Below, piece by piece: positions 40,660 to 51,755 of a stretch of 64,000 nt of DNA. Numbering within the stretch: the stretch's first letter is position 1; each line of letters begins with the position of its first letter. The notes under the pieces are model-generated. The model had not been told where the DNA came from, ran no database searches, and was given only the letters and a program-made list of their open reading frames with translations. A program made the position numbers and the translations under genes. The DNA lies in the NCBI GenBank assembly GCA_002269645.1, contig NIVC01001569.1, forward strand, positions 124,001 to 188,000, read 5' to 3'. The DNA comes from Macrostomum lignano. Lineage: Eukaryota.

Positions 40660-42165
40660 ACTGCTGAATGATAACCAGCTATAACCTGCAACACTAATTC
40701 TGTGTGTTTACGTTCGTACAATTAGATTTTCCCAGAGATGTGCCTTTAAGCAATTTGAGAGGCTGTAATAAAATTAACTAAAACTCAACGCAAAGTCAAT
40801 TGTATTTTGTTTTAAATGTAACCTTAAAATTTATTCATAATGGATAAGAATGCAGGAACAAAAAGATTTAAGGTACGTAGCTTACTAGAAACAATGCACG
40901 ATCGCAGCTAAGAACAAAGTGACGGCAGGGCAAATTTTGTTGAAAAAAGATTTTTTGACTTGAAAATTTCTGAAACGTTGCCAACGAATTAGAAATGTTA
41001 TTCTGTTTGAAATTAGATAAGAAACGTACTTTACAGTAGTACACAAAGCATAGGCGCTTTCTACAGGTATTTTCTTTCTACAGCTATTGCAATGTAAATG
41101 TAATACTCCAAGACTTATACAACGGTACATCAAACGTCGCATTTTACTAACAATCAACAGTAGCTAATTAATTGAGGGGCCGTACATTGCAATTGTAAGC
41201 AAAATGAAAGTTCCAATCCCTCAAATAGAGGCCGGGTCTTTACAGAAATGCCAACCAACAAGAAAACAGAAAATTTGAATTAAAGAACGCATGAACACAA
41301 AAGACGAGTGGTGCGTCTTTTTAAATACAGCAAAATTCAAATTTTACCTAATATCAAATATAATCTACAACAGAACTATCAAGTGCCAATGTGCAGATAT
41401 TGTCTTGCCCACAGACACTAGAATTACTAGATGTGCCGCTCAGCACATTTGCGTGCAAACTACTATCAGTTCAGTAGTAAGTTAAACTGAAGCATGTTAA
41501 TGTATTTTTAAAGCCAAGGCTCATTTATTGGCTCTTGCCCCCAGCTTAAACCCTCCAACCGCGCCTTTCCACTATATCCCGCCCAGCCATAATTTTTATT
41601 GCCTTTCTTGGAATTCCAGCGTAAAGCTGCATGTAAATTTCAGTGGACTGGTAAATGTACATTATTGCTGAACCAACCAATTAGCAAGCTGTTTATACCC
41701 GCAAGCTTCTAAACTTCAAAACTTATCAAAGTCATTTCAGCTGCCTTTATTCTTATAAAATAGCTTATGTATTCTTATTTGCTACTGAACTGAAAGTAGA
41801 AAGCTATTTTACTAGTTATTCTAGTATCTTTGGTCTTGCCTTGACATTTATAAAAGTTAAAACAAAAACTTTTTAAGGGTGGCAATAATGGCAAAGCCTA
41901 TATACGCTTAATTGCTTCATGTTGTGGTACTTTGGAAAGGATAAACAAGGCGCTGGTTTGCATTGATGCGCTAAATTGAGTTATTGGATAGTTTATTTAC
42001 GGTAAATCCGTTCTCCCCGAATAAATTAACAATAATCCTACAGGTATCCTACCTGAAACTTGCAGTTAATTTTCCAATATTTTAATTTTGACAAGCTTTC
42101 CCTTTCCCTTCGTAACCAGAAAAAAACACAAAGTCCAGCACGTTATAAACAAAAAGTTCTTAAAG

Positions 42166-45100
42166 TTAATACACCGCCTTGCTGCGCAGCATATCGATGA
42201 CGCACTGGTTGACTGTCTTTACTTTCTTTGGCGTGGCGGCCCAATTAAGAGCGCAAGTGGCAACCAACTGCAATTGGTCCTTCGAGATGCATTGACGCAA
42301 ACAGTTCGCCTGCGGATGGCAACTACAGTTGAAGTCGGACTTATCCAACGGTAGCAGCGCAAGTGACTTGATGTTAAAGGGCGTCGAGCTGGCCTCATAC
42401 CATGGAAGCAGGTTGTGGCAGGGAACTCGGAGCACGGAATCGCCGATTTCGACGTAGTCAAGCATGCAGACGAGACGGCCATGCACTCCAGTGGTATCGG
42501 CATTGGCCATTAAATAACGGTAAGCATCGGAGCAGTACTCCCAGTTGGCGAATCGCAGCACAGCATAGTCCAGACTCTTGTCCAAATGACACGGGACATA
42601 AATGCTCAGAGCGTTTGGCAGAAATGAGGCAAAGTAGTTAACGACGACAAGGCCGGATGTGCGCGACGGTTGGAAGCCACTAACAAAAAGAAATTGAGTC
42701 TGCATTTCTTGAGCCGTCTCAAATGAGAGCGGTACCCAGTGAACGAAAGCGCTGGGTTCAATATTGGGATCTTCCGACATCCTTGCCTGATATTCGACGC
42801 TAGTGCTATTTGAGAAGGCCACGAGAGTGCCACTAGCTTTAATGATCCGATTGCGCATTTCTTGGTAAGATGGCTCGGCCTCAGTGAATACGACACACTT
42901 CTGCAGACCGAATTGGTTTGATGGTAGCTGATAGATAAGCAACTGGTCCACGCGAACTAGAGCCTTCATAATTGCCGTCTCAATTCGCTGGTCAGAGAAT
43001 CCTTGCTTCAAATTAGAAATGAACCAATGGCGAATAGGCGAACTGACTATCCGATAGTTTTTACCCCTTGGCAGAGGTTTGCGGCTCACCATTTCGCCTG
43101 TCAAGATCCACTTCAATCGGTAGGCAATGCCGGGAACAACTACACCATGTTCCGAACAGTTGATGCTACTGAATGCCAAATCTTCATTGCCTAGCAGCGA
43201 GTAGAAATTCCTTACTGACTCGCCATCTTTAAATATCGCTTTATCTGGATCGAATAGTAGTTCAGCGGTTCGCACAACCAAAGCCGTCGAAGCTTTTACC
43301 GGATCAATGTTAAAAGCTCCAAGCGTGTTCGTGATGCGCTCTACTAAGTTATGTAATGATGGCTGGTGTGTGACGCGAAGAAAGTCTTTCGTTGGATGAC
43401 AGTTACATGGCGGCACGAAGCCAGCGGATTCAGCTTTGGCAGCTCCTGAACCTTTCGGGATTGTCTGCACCCAATAGAGAAAGTCGTGGCTCGGCAAACG
43501 AAGGCGACCATCGACTAGGCTTAAATAATCATACTGGCACACGTATTGAGCGCTGGATGCTCCACCACGGAACTGCATCGCCATGTAGGTCTGCAAGCAT
43601 TCAGCGTATGTCTTGAATTTAATAATTGCGTATGTCTGTGCCTTCACCGTGACCATGTGAAAGCAATCTGCCTGTGCGAATCGAGTCTTTAGATAAGTAT
43701 CAACATGCTGGCTGGTGCATGACTGCACATTTGTTAATAGCAGGAACTCGCACTGGAGCTTTTCTGCTGATGAAGAACTAAGCGGCACCCAGAACGCACT
43801 GTTAGGATGCTTTTGGCGATCAGGATGCGGACTCTCAGCATGCAAGCACTCAAACGATAGTCTAGAACTGCTTAGTACACCAGAGAGACCTAAGCTGTTA
43901 CTGAGGGTCTGAAGACGCGAATGTATAGTCCTGTAGTCTGCTGTTCGCTCAGTGAAAATCACACGTTTTCTAATATTCTCTTTTTCGTCCAGGTAGGGAA
44001 GCACAAGAACTTGATCAACGTTATCTAAACAGCCGATGATGCCATCTCTGATTCGCTCATCTTCCAAATCAGCTTTAAACGGGCTAAGAACCCAATGCCT
44101 AATTGGGCTATTGACTACAAAAGCTTTAAGGCTGTTTTGGACTGGCTTGTTTTCTGTTTTCAAGGTCGGTCTAAACGGGCTGTCGTGAGCCCAAATTTGC
44201 AGCAGCTCTGATCCGCTAACATAAATAGTGCCGTTTGAGAACAACGTTGGCTCAGTATGAGCGCTCGCCATCGCTGTATTAGCGACTCTGCCACTGAATC
44301 CAGGCATGTTTGTACCGGCTTCCGAATTAGTGACAGTCGGCGCCAAACCAGGCAACAACTCGTCCGATTCGCTATCAGATGAGTCTCGAAACGGCGAAGC
44401 AGGTGGTAGCAGCTTTCCACTGCGAAATGCGTTGTCCATATCGTCAGTAGTTACAGCTGCATCACTTGACACGGATCGTTTAGCACTGTCGTGATCATGT
44501 TCAAAGAAATCAGACGAAGCAGGACGTTTGTTGGGACGCATCTTGACGCTACCGTCACTGCTTTGGATAGAGAACGACACAGTAGGGGCCAAGGAAAACT
44601 GAGGCTCAAAGTCCAGAGTGCTACGGCCTAATCTGGTATCCTCAGAATAGAACGGTGGCTCTCCTTTCTCCACCCACAGATAGTTGATTTCTACCCCAAG
44701 TGTGCTTGTTAAGGTTTCTAGCTGCTTCGGTTGCATCCAGGACACTCGCTCGACGAAGCAGCAGCCAGCCGCGAATTCTGCGCTAGCATTGGGCGAAAAG
44801 TAAATCTGCTCTCTGGGAATTGGGACAGAGCTTAGAAAGCGTTCCTTGTTTTCGGGCAAATTGTACATGAGAATTAAGTCGAGCCGTTCAGCATTCGTTG
44901 GAGCGCAACCACTGCTAGTCTCAAGGTAGAGAATCTTAATCTTTGCGCCTGTCTTGTTAACTGTGTTTAAAAGCAGCATAAGACGCAGTTCTGGCATCAC
45001 GTCGCAAAGAACAAACTTCCATGGACCGTTACACGGCTTATCAGCGAGCGGATATTCTGCAAGAACACTTTGAATATAAATACCAAGGCAGCCAGCAACT

Positions 45101-45201
45101 TCTACTGCCATGGATTCTGTGTTTACATCGTAGATGTAGATAAAGTCCGACCTAATCAATTGAACCCGTTCCGACACCAGTCTCGGGTCGGGCAGAGCCA
45201 T
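42166..45201 (-). CDS. Uncharacterised 1011-aa intronless protein with an internally duplicated ~250-aa module (RRM-like folds plus C-x-C-H-P motif)
   Basis: Non-repetitive ORF of 3 kb. Residues 364-610 and 720-969 align (SPIRHW, VDQ.L, V.FTE, WVPLS, FL, YA...F, DY, LR.P.H.L.W, C.CHP). Acceptor-like tttcag lies 40 nt upstream of the ATG, and AATAAA on the minus strand is at 41992-41997. Confidence 0.85.
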   Translation of the reverse strand: MALPDPRLVSERVQLIRSDFIYIYDVNTESMAVEVAGCLGIYIQSVLAEYPLADKPCNGPWKFVLCDVMPELRLMLLLNTVNKTGAKIKILYLETSSGCAPTNAERLDLILMYNLPENKERFLSSVPIPREQIYFSPNASAEFAAGCCFVERVSWMQPKQLETLTSTLGVEINYLWVEKGEPPFYSEDTRLGRSTLDFEPQFSLAPTVSFSIQSSDGSVKMRPNKRPASSDFFEHDHDSAKRSVSSDAAVTTDDMDNAFRSGKLLPPASPFRDSSDSESDELLPGLAPTVTNSEAGTNMPGFSGRVANTAMASAHTEPTLFSNGTIYVSGSELLQIWAHDSPFRPTLKTENKPVQNSLKAFVVNSPIRHWVLSPFKADLEDERIRDGIIGCLDNVDQVLVLPYLDEKENIRKRVIFTERTADYRTIHSRLQTLSNSLGLSGVLSSSRLSFECLHAESPHPDRQKHPNSAFWVPLSSSSAEKLQCEFLLLTNVQSCTSQHVDTYLKTRFAQADCFHMVTVKAQTYAIIKFKTYAECLQTYMAMQFRGGASSAQYVCQYDYLSLVDGRLRLPSHDFLYWVQTIPKGSGAAKAESAGFVPPCNCHPTKDFLRVTHQPSLHNLVERITNTLGAFNIDPVKASTALVVRTAELLFDPDKAIFKDGESVRNFYSLLGNEDLAFSSINCSEHGVVVPGIAYRLKWILTGEMVSRKPLPRGKNYRIVSSPIRHWFISNLKQGFSDQRIETAIMKALVRVDQLLIYQLPSNQFGLQKCVVFTEAEPSYQEMRNRIIKASGTLVAFSNSTSVEYQARMSEDPNIEPSAFVHWVPLSFETAQEMQTQFLFVSGFQPSRTSGLVVVNYFASFLPNALSIYVPCHLDKSLDYAVLRFANWEYCSDAYRYLMANADTTGVHGRLVCMLDYVEIGDSVLRVPCHNLLPWYEASSTPFNIKSLALLPLDKSDFNCSCHPQANCLRQCISKDQLQLVATCALNWAATPKKVKTVNQCVIDMLRSKAVY

Positions 45202-47396
45202 TTCAATTGTTGAAGGTATCCGACTCTGGGAGCAAGCCTTTCTGAAATTTTGTTTTCAGGTTTTGAGAAATAACGTTAGGTATGAGAACTCGAATGTGAA
45301 AAGTAATTCTTAAAACCATGTATTTAATCACGCTTACTATACGAGCTATCTACGAGCATATTGATCTATATGTAGCTAAAATATATGCCTAAGCCAGCGC
45401 TTTTTCCTATAGACCCGCTGACGTCTAAAATATCTGCTACTAAACTAAATTGAATAGAGAAATGAATTGAATGACACCAATTATTACATCTGCTTGCTGC
45501 AGGCTGCATAAAATCAGATTACAAAAACAAGAGGGGAGCTTAAAAATTTAATTTTACGATAAAATTTTACCGATTTTGTTAATGATTTAAGAACAGATTA
45601 TGTGATAAAATTTATGACTATATTGGCGAAAGCTTCTGCATCATCTACTTTGCAGGGACTGTTCAGGAGAGGTCAAGCCAGGACCCGGAGATATGTGGAC
45701 CGCATCCTGAGCGACGCTGGGGCGCCTGGCACCGTCAATGGGTCGGACTTCGTCCAATCGCTAGTGCTTCGGCGTGCCATCTGACCTGACGCTCCTTCTA
45801 CTGTCTTACTGGGGGACGGCATTCTTCGAGTTTACCTGGCCAACTTTAAGTGAAATAAATGAACTTCTTGGCAGAGATGATATATGGATCCAAGGATGGA
45901 AAATGTTTATCTAGCTTGTACGCTCATACTTTGTAAAGGAAAAGCACGCTATAACTTGAGAACGGCGAAGTAACATTGATATTGATAAGTTATTCATCCA
46001 GTCAGCCAATTTGGTCCCAGTCAAAGTCCATAGAAAGCGCATTTAATGACCGAGAATGGATCGTAGAAGCGACTGTAAGTGTCAATTTGACCTGAGAAAT
46101 TCGTGGTTATTGCTGATCATTATAACTTTGCAGATGCAGCTTGCTGGAAATTTACCAGTAGGACATCTAAATGCAGCAGAGCTGGTAACCTAAGAGTACG
46201 TTATTAGAAATCTGAAAATATTGAATAACTCTACAAAAGGATGTTTCAATAAGTACATCGGCAGCTTAAAAATTAACCTTTCAATCTATTAAGTGTCTAG
46301 CCTTCACTGAACCTTGAAAAAACCAAACTGATTGCAAGTGAATAAAAAAGCACGCAAAAAGAAGGGGTTAATTTAGCATATTTTATTTTTTTACATTATG
46401 CAAGCATATGCTTGCAAAATGCACAATTTAAAAGGCAATACATACCATGATATTATGATCATAAGTAACGAATACATGTATAAGTATATAAGCATAGACA
46501 CAGACTTCTCCAGTCAAAGGACCACCAAAAGTCGGCATTGTTCTAGGCAGTGAATTAAGATCCCTCATTGTGGCACTGGACTGTCGCATTCCAGCTTCAA
46601 TCCAAGCAGAGTGAGCCACCAGTTTGGCACTCTATTCACAATGCTGGTCTGGCCAGTTTCATCGACTCCAGCTGATAGGCCAAAGCATCCGCGGGGAATC
46701 TTGAATGTGTGGCACACCATGTAGGAGTTGCTTATTCTGTCTGCAAACTGTCGAGCTGAAGTCATCTGAATCAATAACAACTCTATGCTTAATCATATTC
46801 AGGAAATCCTGCTGTTGATCTTGAAAGGTCTAATTCCAGCAGCATAGCAAAGCCAAAGGTTGATATGTGAATGTGTGAACTGTTTGCATGCTGAGTTCAA
46901 CAATGGAGCATCCGTTGATTTACAATGCAAGCGGGTAACCAAAAACTGCATAACTTAGTTAATCAGCTTAACTAAAGCAATCAGCTTACTGAAGTTCACC
47001 AACAATATAGTGTATGTACCAACTGAGCTGAAAAGCTGAATTGATAGGAGCTACAAAAACAAATGAAGGCTATAGAACTTGAAAAAAATACTTGTAGGTT
47101 AAATAATTTATATGCTAGCACATGCAACAGCTTGTAATTTAAAGATTTGGAACAATTCTTGTAAATGAAAGCAAGCTAAATGATTGACTAAACCTCCTGT
47201 AAGCTAAATACTACAAAATATTTTATTTCCCAAGCATGCTAAATGCTAGTTAATGCAAAATAAAAAACGCATTTAGAAATCAATAAAGAAGCTAACAAGT
47301 ATATTTCTGAGCCTCAGAAGAGAAGCAAGAAGCAGAAAACTTGTGCATCAAAGTGTGAAGTCTTAAGCAAAAATGCAACATGTATTTTGTCTTTAG

Positions 47397-47576
47397 CTAA
47401 GCAGCTCTCTTCTGCAGGGTCTCTTCATATAATTTCTGTCGCTCAATGTCAGCCAAAACACCCTGCTTAACTGCATCACGCTCAGACTTTTGAGTCCACA
47501 GCACAAAGCTAACTGAGAAGCCAGTAAATGCCAATGATGCTAGAAAAGTCAGCTTAGAGGCACGCGATGCAGACAT
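47397..47576 (-). CDS. PET117: PET117, cytochrome c oxidase assembly factor (59 aa; in-frame upstream ATG at 47591 possible)
   Basis: MSASRASKLTFLASLAFTGFSVSFVLWTQKSERDAVKQGVLADIERQ matches the PET117 pattern (MS..SK....S...T...V..V...Q......GV..DIERQ). Confidence 0.85.
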   Translation of the reverse strand: MSASRASKLTFLASLAFTGFSVSFVLWTQKSERDAVKQGVLADIERQKLYEETLQKRAA

Positions 47577-48380
47577 CAAGTAGTTTAGCATCTTGAATAG
47601 TAAAAACAATAGCGATAAATAATCTGAAAATTATTTTAAGAGGTTGAAATATAGATAAGTCAACAACATTTTTTCATTATATTGGGCCATACTCAATCAT
47701 TTTCTGTTTCTAATTCTTTAGTAACTCAATCATTTAGGTTTTACTAGCTTAAACAAGCTTATTTGAATATAAAAATGCTTATAACAATAAGTAATTTTCA
47801 TTCAATTTTGCAACTGTTGTCTTAATATAAAAAAAACTCTGCATAGTACCAAGTGCACAATGAAATTTTGATCTGGCAGCACTTTTTAGTTATGGCAAAC
47901 AAATTCTATGTTGAATTGACATAATTTGACTTATATAATATTATGCATAAATGAGTACTTTCTCAAGGCTTAAAACATATTTAAAGTATCTAATAATAGT
48001 TACACAGATATTAGGCTATACTGAAATGCCTATATACGGAAATAACTGATTATAGCCTAGTATTACTAATAAAATTATACTTAAAAAGTGATATAAAGCT
48101 ATATCTATATGCAATATAAATATATAAAAAATGAGACATTAGTAACAACAACAACAACAACAAAATAGGGCCTACACTGTCAGGGCAGGATGGCAAAAGT
48201 CAGTGTCACAGGGCACGCTGCATGGCTTAGGCACGAACAAAGGCTGCACCACTAGCAGTGTCCAGGGCGCCGGCATCAACCAGCAGACAGTCAACATAAT
48301 GCCAAGTTTGCGCTTGACCTTGCCAATAGGGTGCTTACAGCATGAGCAACAGCACCTCCTGCACTGGCTGTGGGCAGTAC

Positions 48381-48800
48381 GGTGTAAGACCAAGACCGCC
48401 ACACACCAAGACCGCCACATTTGGGGGAACTAGGAGGGAGGAATTTGGCTCGCCATGTTATTGGATGGGGCTGAGGAGGGGTGAGATGGGGAGAGCCAGC
48501 AAGACAAGGCCACGAGAGAGGAACTGGTGAGCAGGCTAGCCTGGCTAGGTAGGTGAGTGAGCCAGGCTCCTTGTTTTTTTCATTTAATTTGAATTGTTAA
48601 AATTGCCCTGGTTGACTTGCAATCATTTTGGGCCACTTATTCATCTTATTAGTGACCAATCTTAGGACACTTCCTCTTCATCTAACTCCACAACCCATCA
48701 TAACCAATAACAATGCTGGAAGATTGGTAGCTTCCCCTCAATTCCAATAGTCAGTAAGAGCTGTGGCGGTCTTGGTATGTGGCGGTCTTGGTCATGCGCC
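48381..48800. mobile_element. MITE, 420 bp, with internally repeated TIRs and 8-9 bp TSD
   Basis: Left GGTGTAAGACCAAGACCGCCACACACCAAGACCGCCACA versus right (reverse complement) GGCGCATGACCAAGACCGCCACATACCAAGACCGCCACA. Duplication GGCAGTAC at 48373-48380 and 48801-48808; a ninth base G also matches. Confidence 0.8.
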
Positions 48801-49868
48801 GGCAGTACGACTCAGCATGGATGAGATAGCCTACGAGCTGGAGTCGCCAATGGCGCAGTAGATCACTTGGACGTGGCACATTAGTAAAAAGAGTAGATAG
48901 GCCTATTTTTTACAAATTAAATTGTGAGACAAAGGCTAAAAGTACATTTGAAAATTCCTAACAAAAATATAAATATAGATTTGCATCTTATTTAGACTAG
49001 GCCTATTATATTAATGTTATGCTTTTTTCCTATGTTTTTTATAATTATTAGTTTAATAATTATTCTAGATTGTACTTTTCCCTTTTCTTTTCTTCTATTT
49101 ATGTAAAGTTCAGGTCTAATCTAAACTATTGCCCATTTTTCCTAGACTGGGCCTACTCTCGTTCCTTCTATCCTTTTTCTCTAGGGTACTGTATTTTTCA
49201 TTTTTTCTATTTCCTTATCTCTTTTTTTTAAACTTGAGTTAATTTATTTGCACCTTAGGCCTAGTGCCCATAAATAGTGCAACCTTTACTATATTATATA
49301 TCTTTACTTTACTCTTTCTAACATCATAAAATCTATAAAATATGCAATACAAAATCTGCTGCTATGTTGCATTGTTTGTCACTACTTTGATTGTTGCTGG
49401 ATTGTTTGTCACTACTTAGTTGCCAAATTGTTTGTGATTGTCACTAAGCCTAAGGGTTTTCTTCTTTCACCAGAGACAAGGTGCTAAATTAATATTAGGC
49501 CTAGCTTGTTTAATTTAGCTTGTCGACTAGAATATGTATTGCCCTCGCCATGGGTTTACGCTAGGGCCACAAATCCACAATTTACATCATTAATCATCGT
49601 GCTAATTGTCTAAGTCATTATATATTTTTTGCATTTAGTAACTAGGCCTACGTTAAATTAGGCAAGTTCTTTGAAAATTTTGTCTTTTTTGAAGTGTACT
49701 TTTTGTGTCAAAACAAAACTAAAAGACATGCAATTAAAAATTTATAAACTTAGTCCTTTCCCTTAAAAAGCAGTTAAATAATTTTTCAAACAAGATATTC
49801 TGCAGCGCTTAGTGTTAAATAGTAGAGTTGTTATTTAATTCAAATTTGAAAACTGTAGGCTACATTAC

Positions 49869-51755
49869 ATGGATCCTGGATACATGGATCGAAATTTTTT
49901 CGTCGCACCCCCTTATCCACATATACTACTCTTCGCAGATGATCAAGCCATACTAAGCAAAAACAAAACTGACCTCCAACACATGTTCCGCACAATGGAA
50001 ACCTACTGTAGACAGAACTACCTCAAAATAAATGCCAGCAAAACAAAATACATGCAAGCCTGCAAGGGTAAAAACAAGCAAATGCAAAATGACACCGAAA
50101 TTCTTTACAAAATGCAACAGATAGAAAAAGTAAATGAATTTAAATACCTGGGAATCATCTTTGAACCCAATAATAGTTTTAAAAAATGAATTGCTTATCA
50201 GATGAAACAAGGTAACTCCGCCATGTTTTCACTGCTACACAAAGTAAAAGACACCACGCTGGATATTATACTTATCAGTAGACTATTTAATTCTTTGGTC
50301 ACACCAGTTATAACGTATGGTTGTGAAATCTGGGGACCTCTAGCAACCTGTACTGATTTCAAGAACATCGACAAAATCCAAACAAATTTCTACAAATACC
50401 TCTTTAACCTACCTAAAAGTACCTGCAACTCTGTTTTATACGCAGAACTTAATTTAACACCTATCTCACTTACCATCTCGAACTTTTTTCTTACATACTG
50501 GCTCAAAATCAAACATAAAAAACTGAATAGTACCACTATAGGCATCTTCGAATCAAACAACTGCCCAAACAACCCATGGAAAACCAACATCACTAAAAAA
50601 CTACAAAACCTTGGTTTATCTCACCTGCTTAATTTACAAACATCGGACCCTGGTGACAGCTACAACAAAGATAAAACAACAATGACCACACAACTACTCA
50701 TCTCCTGGGAGCGTGAACTCTTCAAAAAATAGAAAACCACGCGAAAGTCATGCATTACAAAAATTGCTTCATCTATAAGAATATTTTCAAGCCTAACTTA
50801 AAAAACTACTTTCCCAGTATTTTTAGAAATAAAAAACTCCTAGAAATTCTGCTTAAGCTTAAAACTGAGTTCTTACCAAGCAAATACACCCAAGAAAAAT
50901 GCAAACTTTGTGGCAGAGATTCAGGCAATAATATCTTACACTATACAACTGAATGTGTCGGTATACTAGATGTCAGGAAAAAATACTTTAACCAAAGCCA
51001 CCTGAGTACAAGAAACTTTTACAGTTTAGGCTATGCTACAAACGAAAACAAAAATAAAAAAGATTTGCTAGCTATCGAGAAGATCTATAAACTCATAGCA
51101 AATCTCCCTCCTTAACCGACATGAAAATTATAGAGAACACCATGTGTACCACGCTGTTGCTGACCGTCTTACACCAATTGAATCCCTGGTTACATTGATA
51201 CTCTACTTGCTATTCCCTCTTGCTACTATGCATCTCTTGCTATTAAGTCCCTACCCCGAGTAAAATCGAGTAAACAATACCGGTGCAATCCATCCCGTAT
51301 TACGCGTTTATTTATGTAAAAATTTTCTTTTTCTAATCGCGCCTTATTTTTATTTAAGCACTCTATTTTTGGTTATTTCTTTCTTACATATTTGCTTCAA
51401 AAATACCCTTCATATTTAATGCCTAATATTTGCCAGCAATCCTTTCATCTGATTTTTTGTCTGATTAATACATATAAACTTATTTTTATCACCTAAGAAT
51501 TCAAGTGACACCATACTTGTCTTTTAATCCCTTACTTAAATACTTTTTGCTTTGTTTGCCGTTAAAGATTTTTTGAAGTTTCGTAGAAAAAAAATAAAAT
51601 TGGCGCCCTTTCAAATACTATATTATTGTAAAACTCGCCGCACAGATCACCATTCTATCGAAATAATATTAATATTAAATACACTGACATATACTGGCCA
51701 AACAGGCTTCTTGCCTGAGCCAAATTACTACTACTACTACTACTACTACTACTAC
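49869..51755 (+). mobile_element. 5'-truncated AT-rich LINE (CR1/L2-group-like): C-terminal reverse transcriptase and Cys/His region, inactivated
   Basis: ILLFADDQAILS (RT YADD box), INASKTKYM, EKVNEFKYLGIIF, LFNSLVTPVITYGCEIWG, IDKIQTNFYKYL, CKLCG...LHYTTEC. In-frame TGA at 50187-50189 and a frame change near 50730-50750. The (TAC)n run at 51726-51755 is a possible 3' tail, so the 3' boundary is uncertain. Confidence 0.8.

Noticed and set aside
44376-44392. Hammerhead-like string CAGATGAGTCTCGAAAC
   Set aside because: The core needs CTGANGA and has A at the invariant U4. There are no flanking helices, and it lies antisense within the 1011-aa ORF.
45657-46183. GC-rich block after tttgcag (45657-45860, followed by AATAAA) and a 51-nt AG..GT-bounded segment (46133-46183) on the plus strand
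   Set aside because: They could be exons of a non-coding or unrecognised transcript, but no coherent ORF or homology could be assembled.
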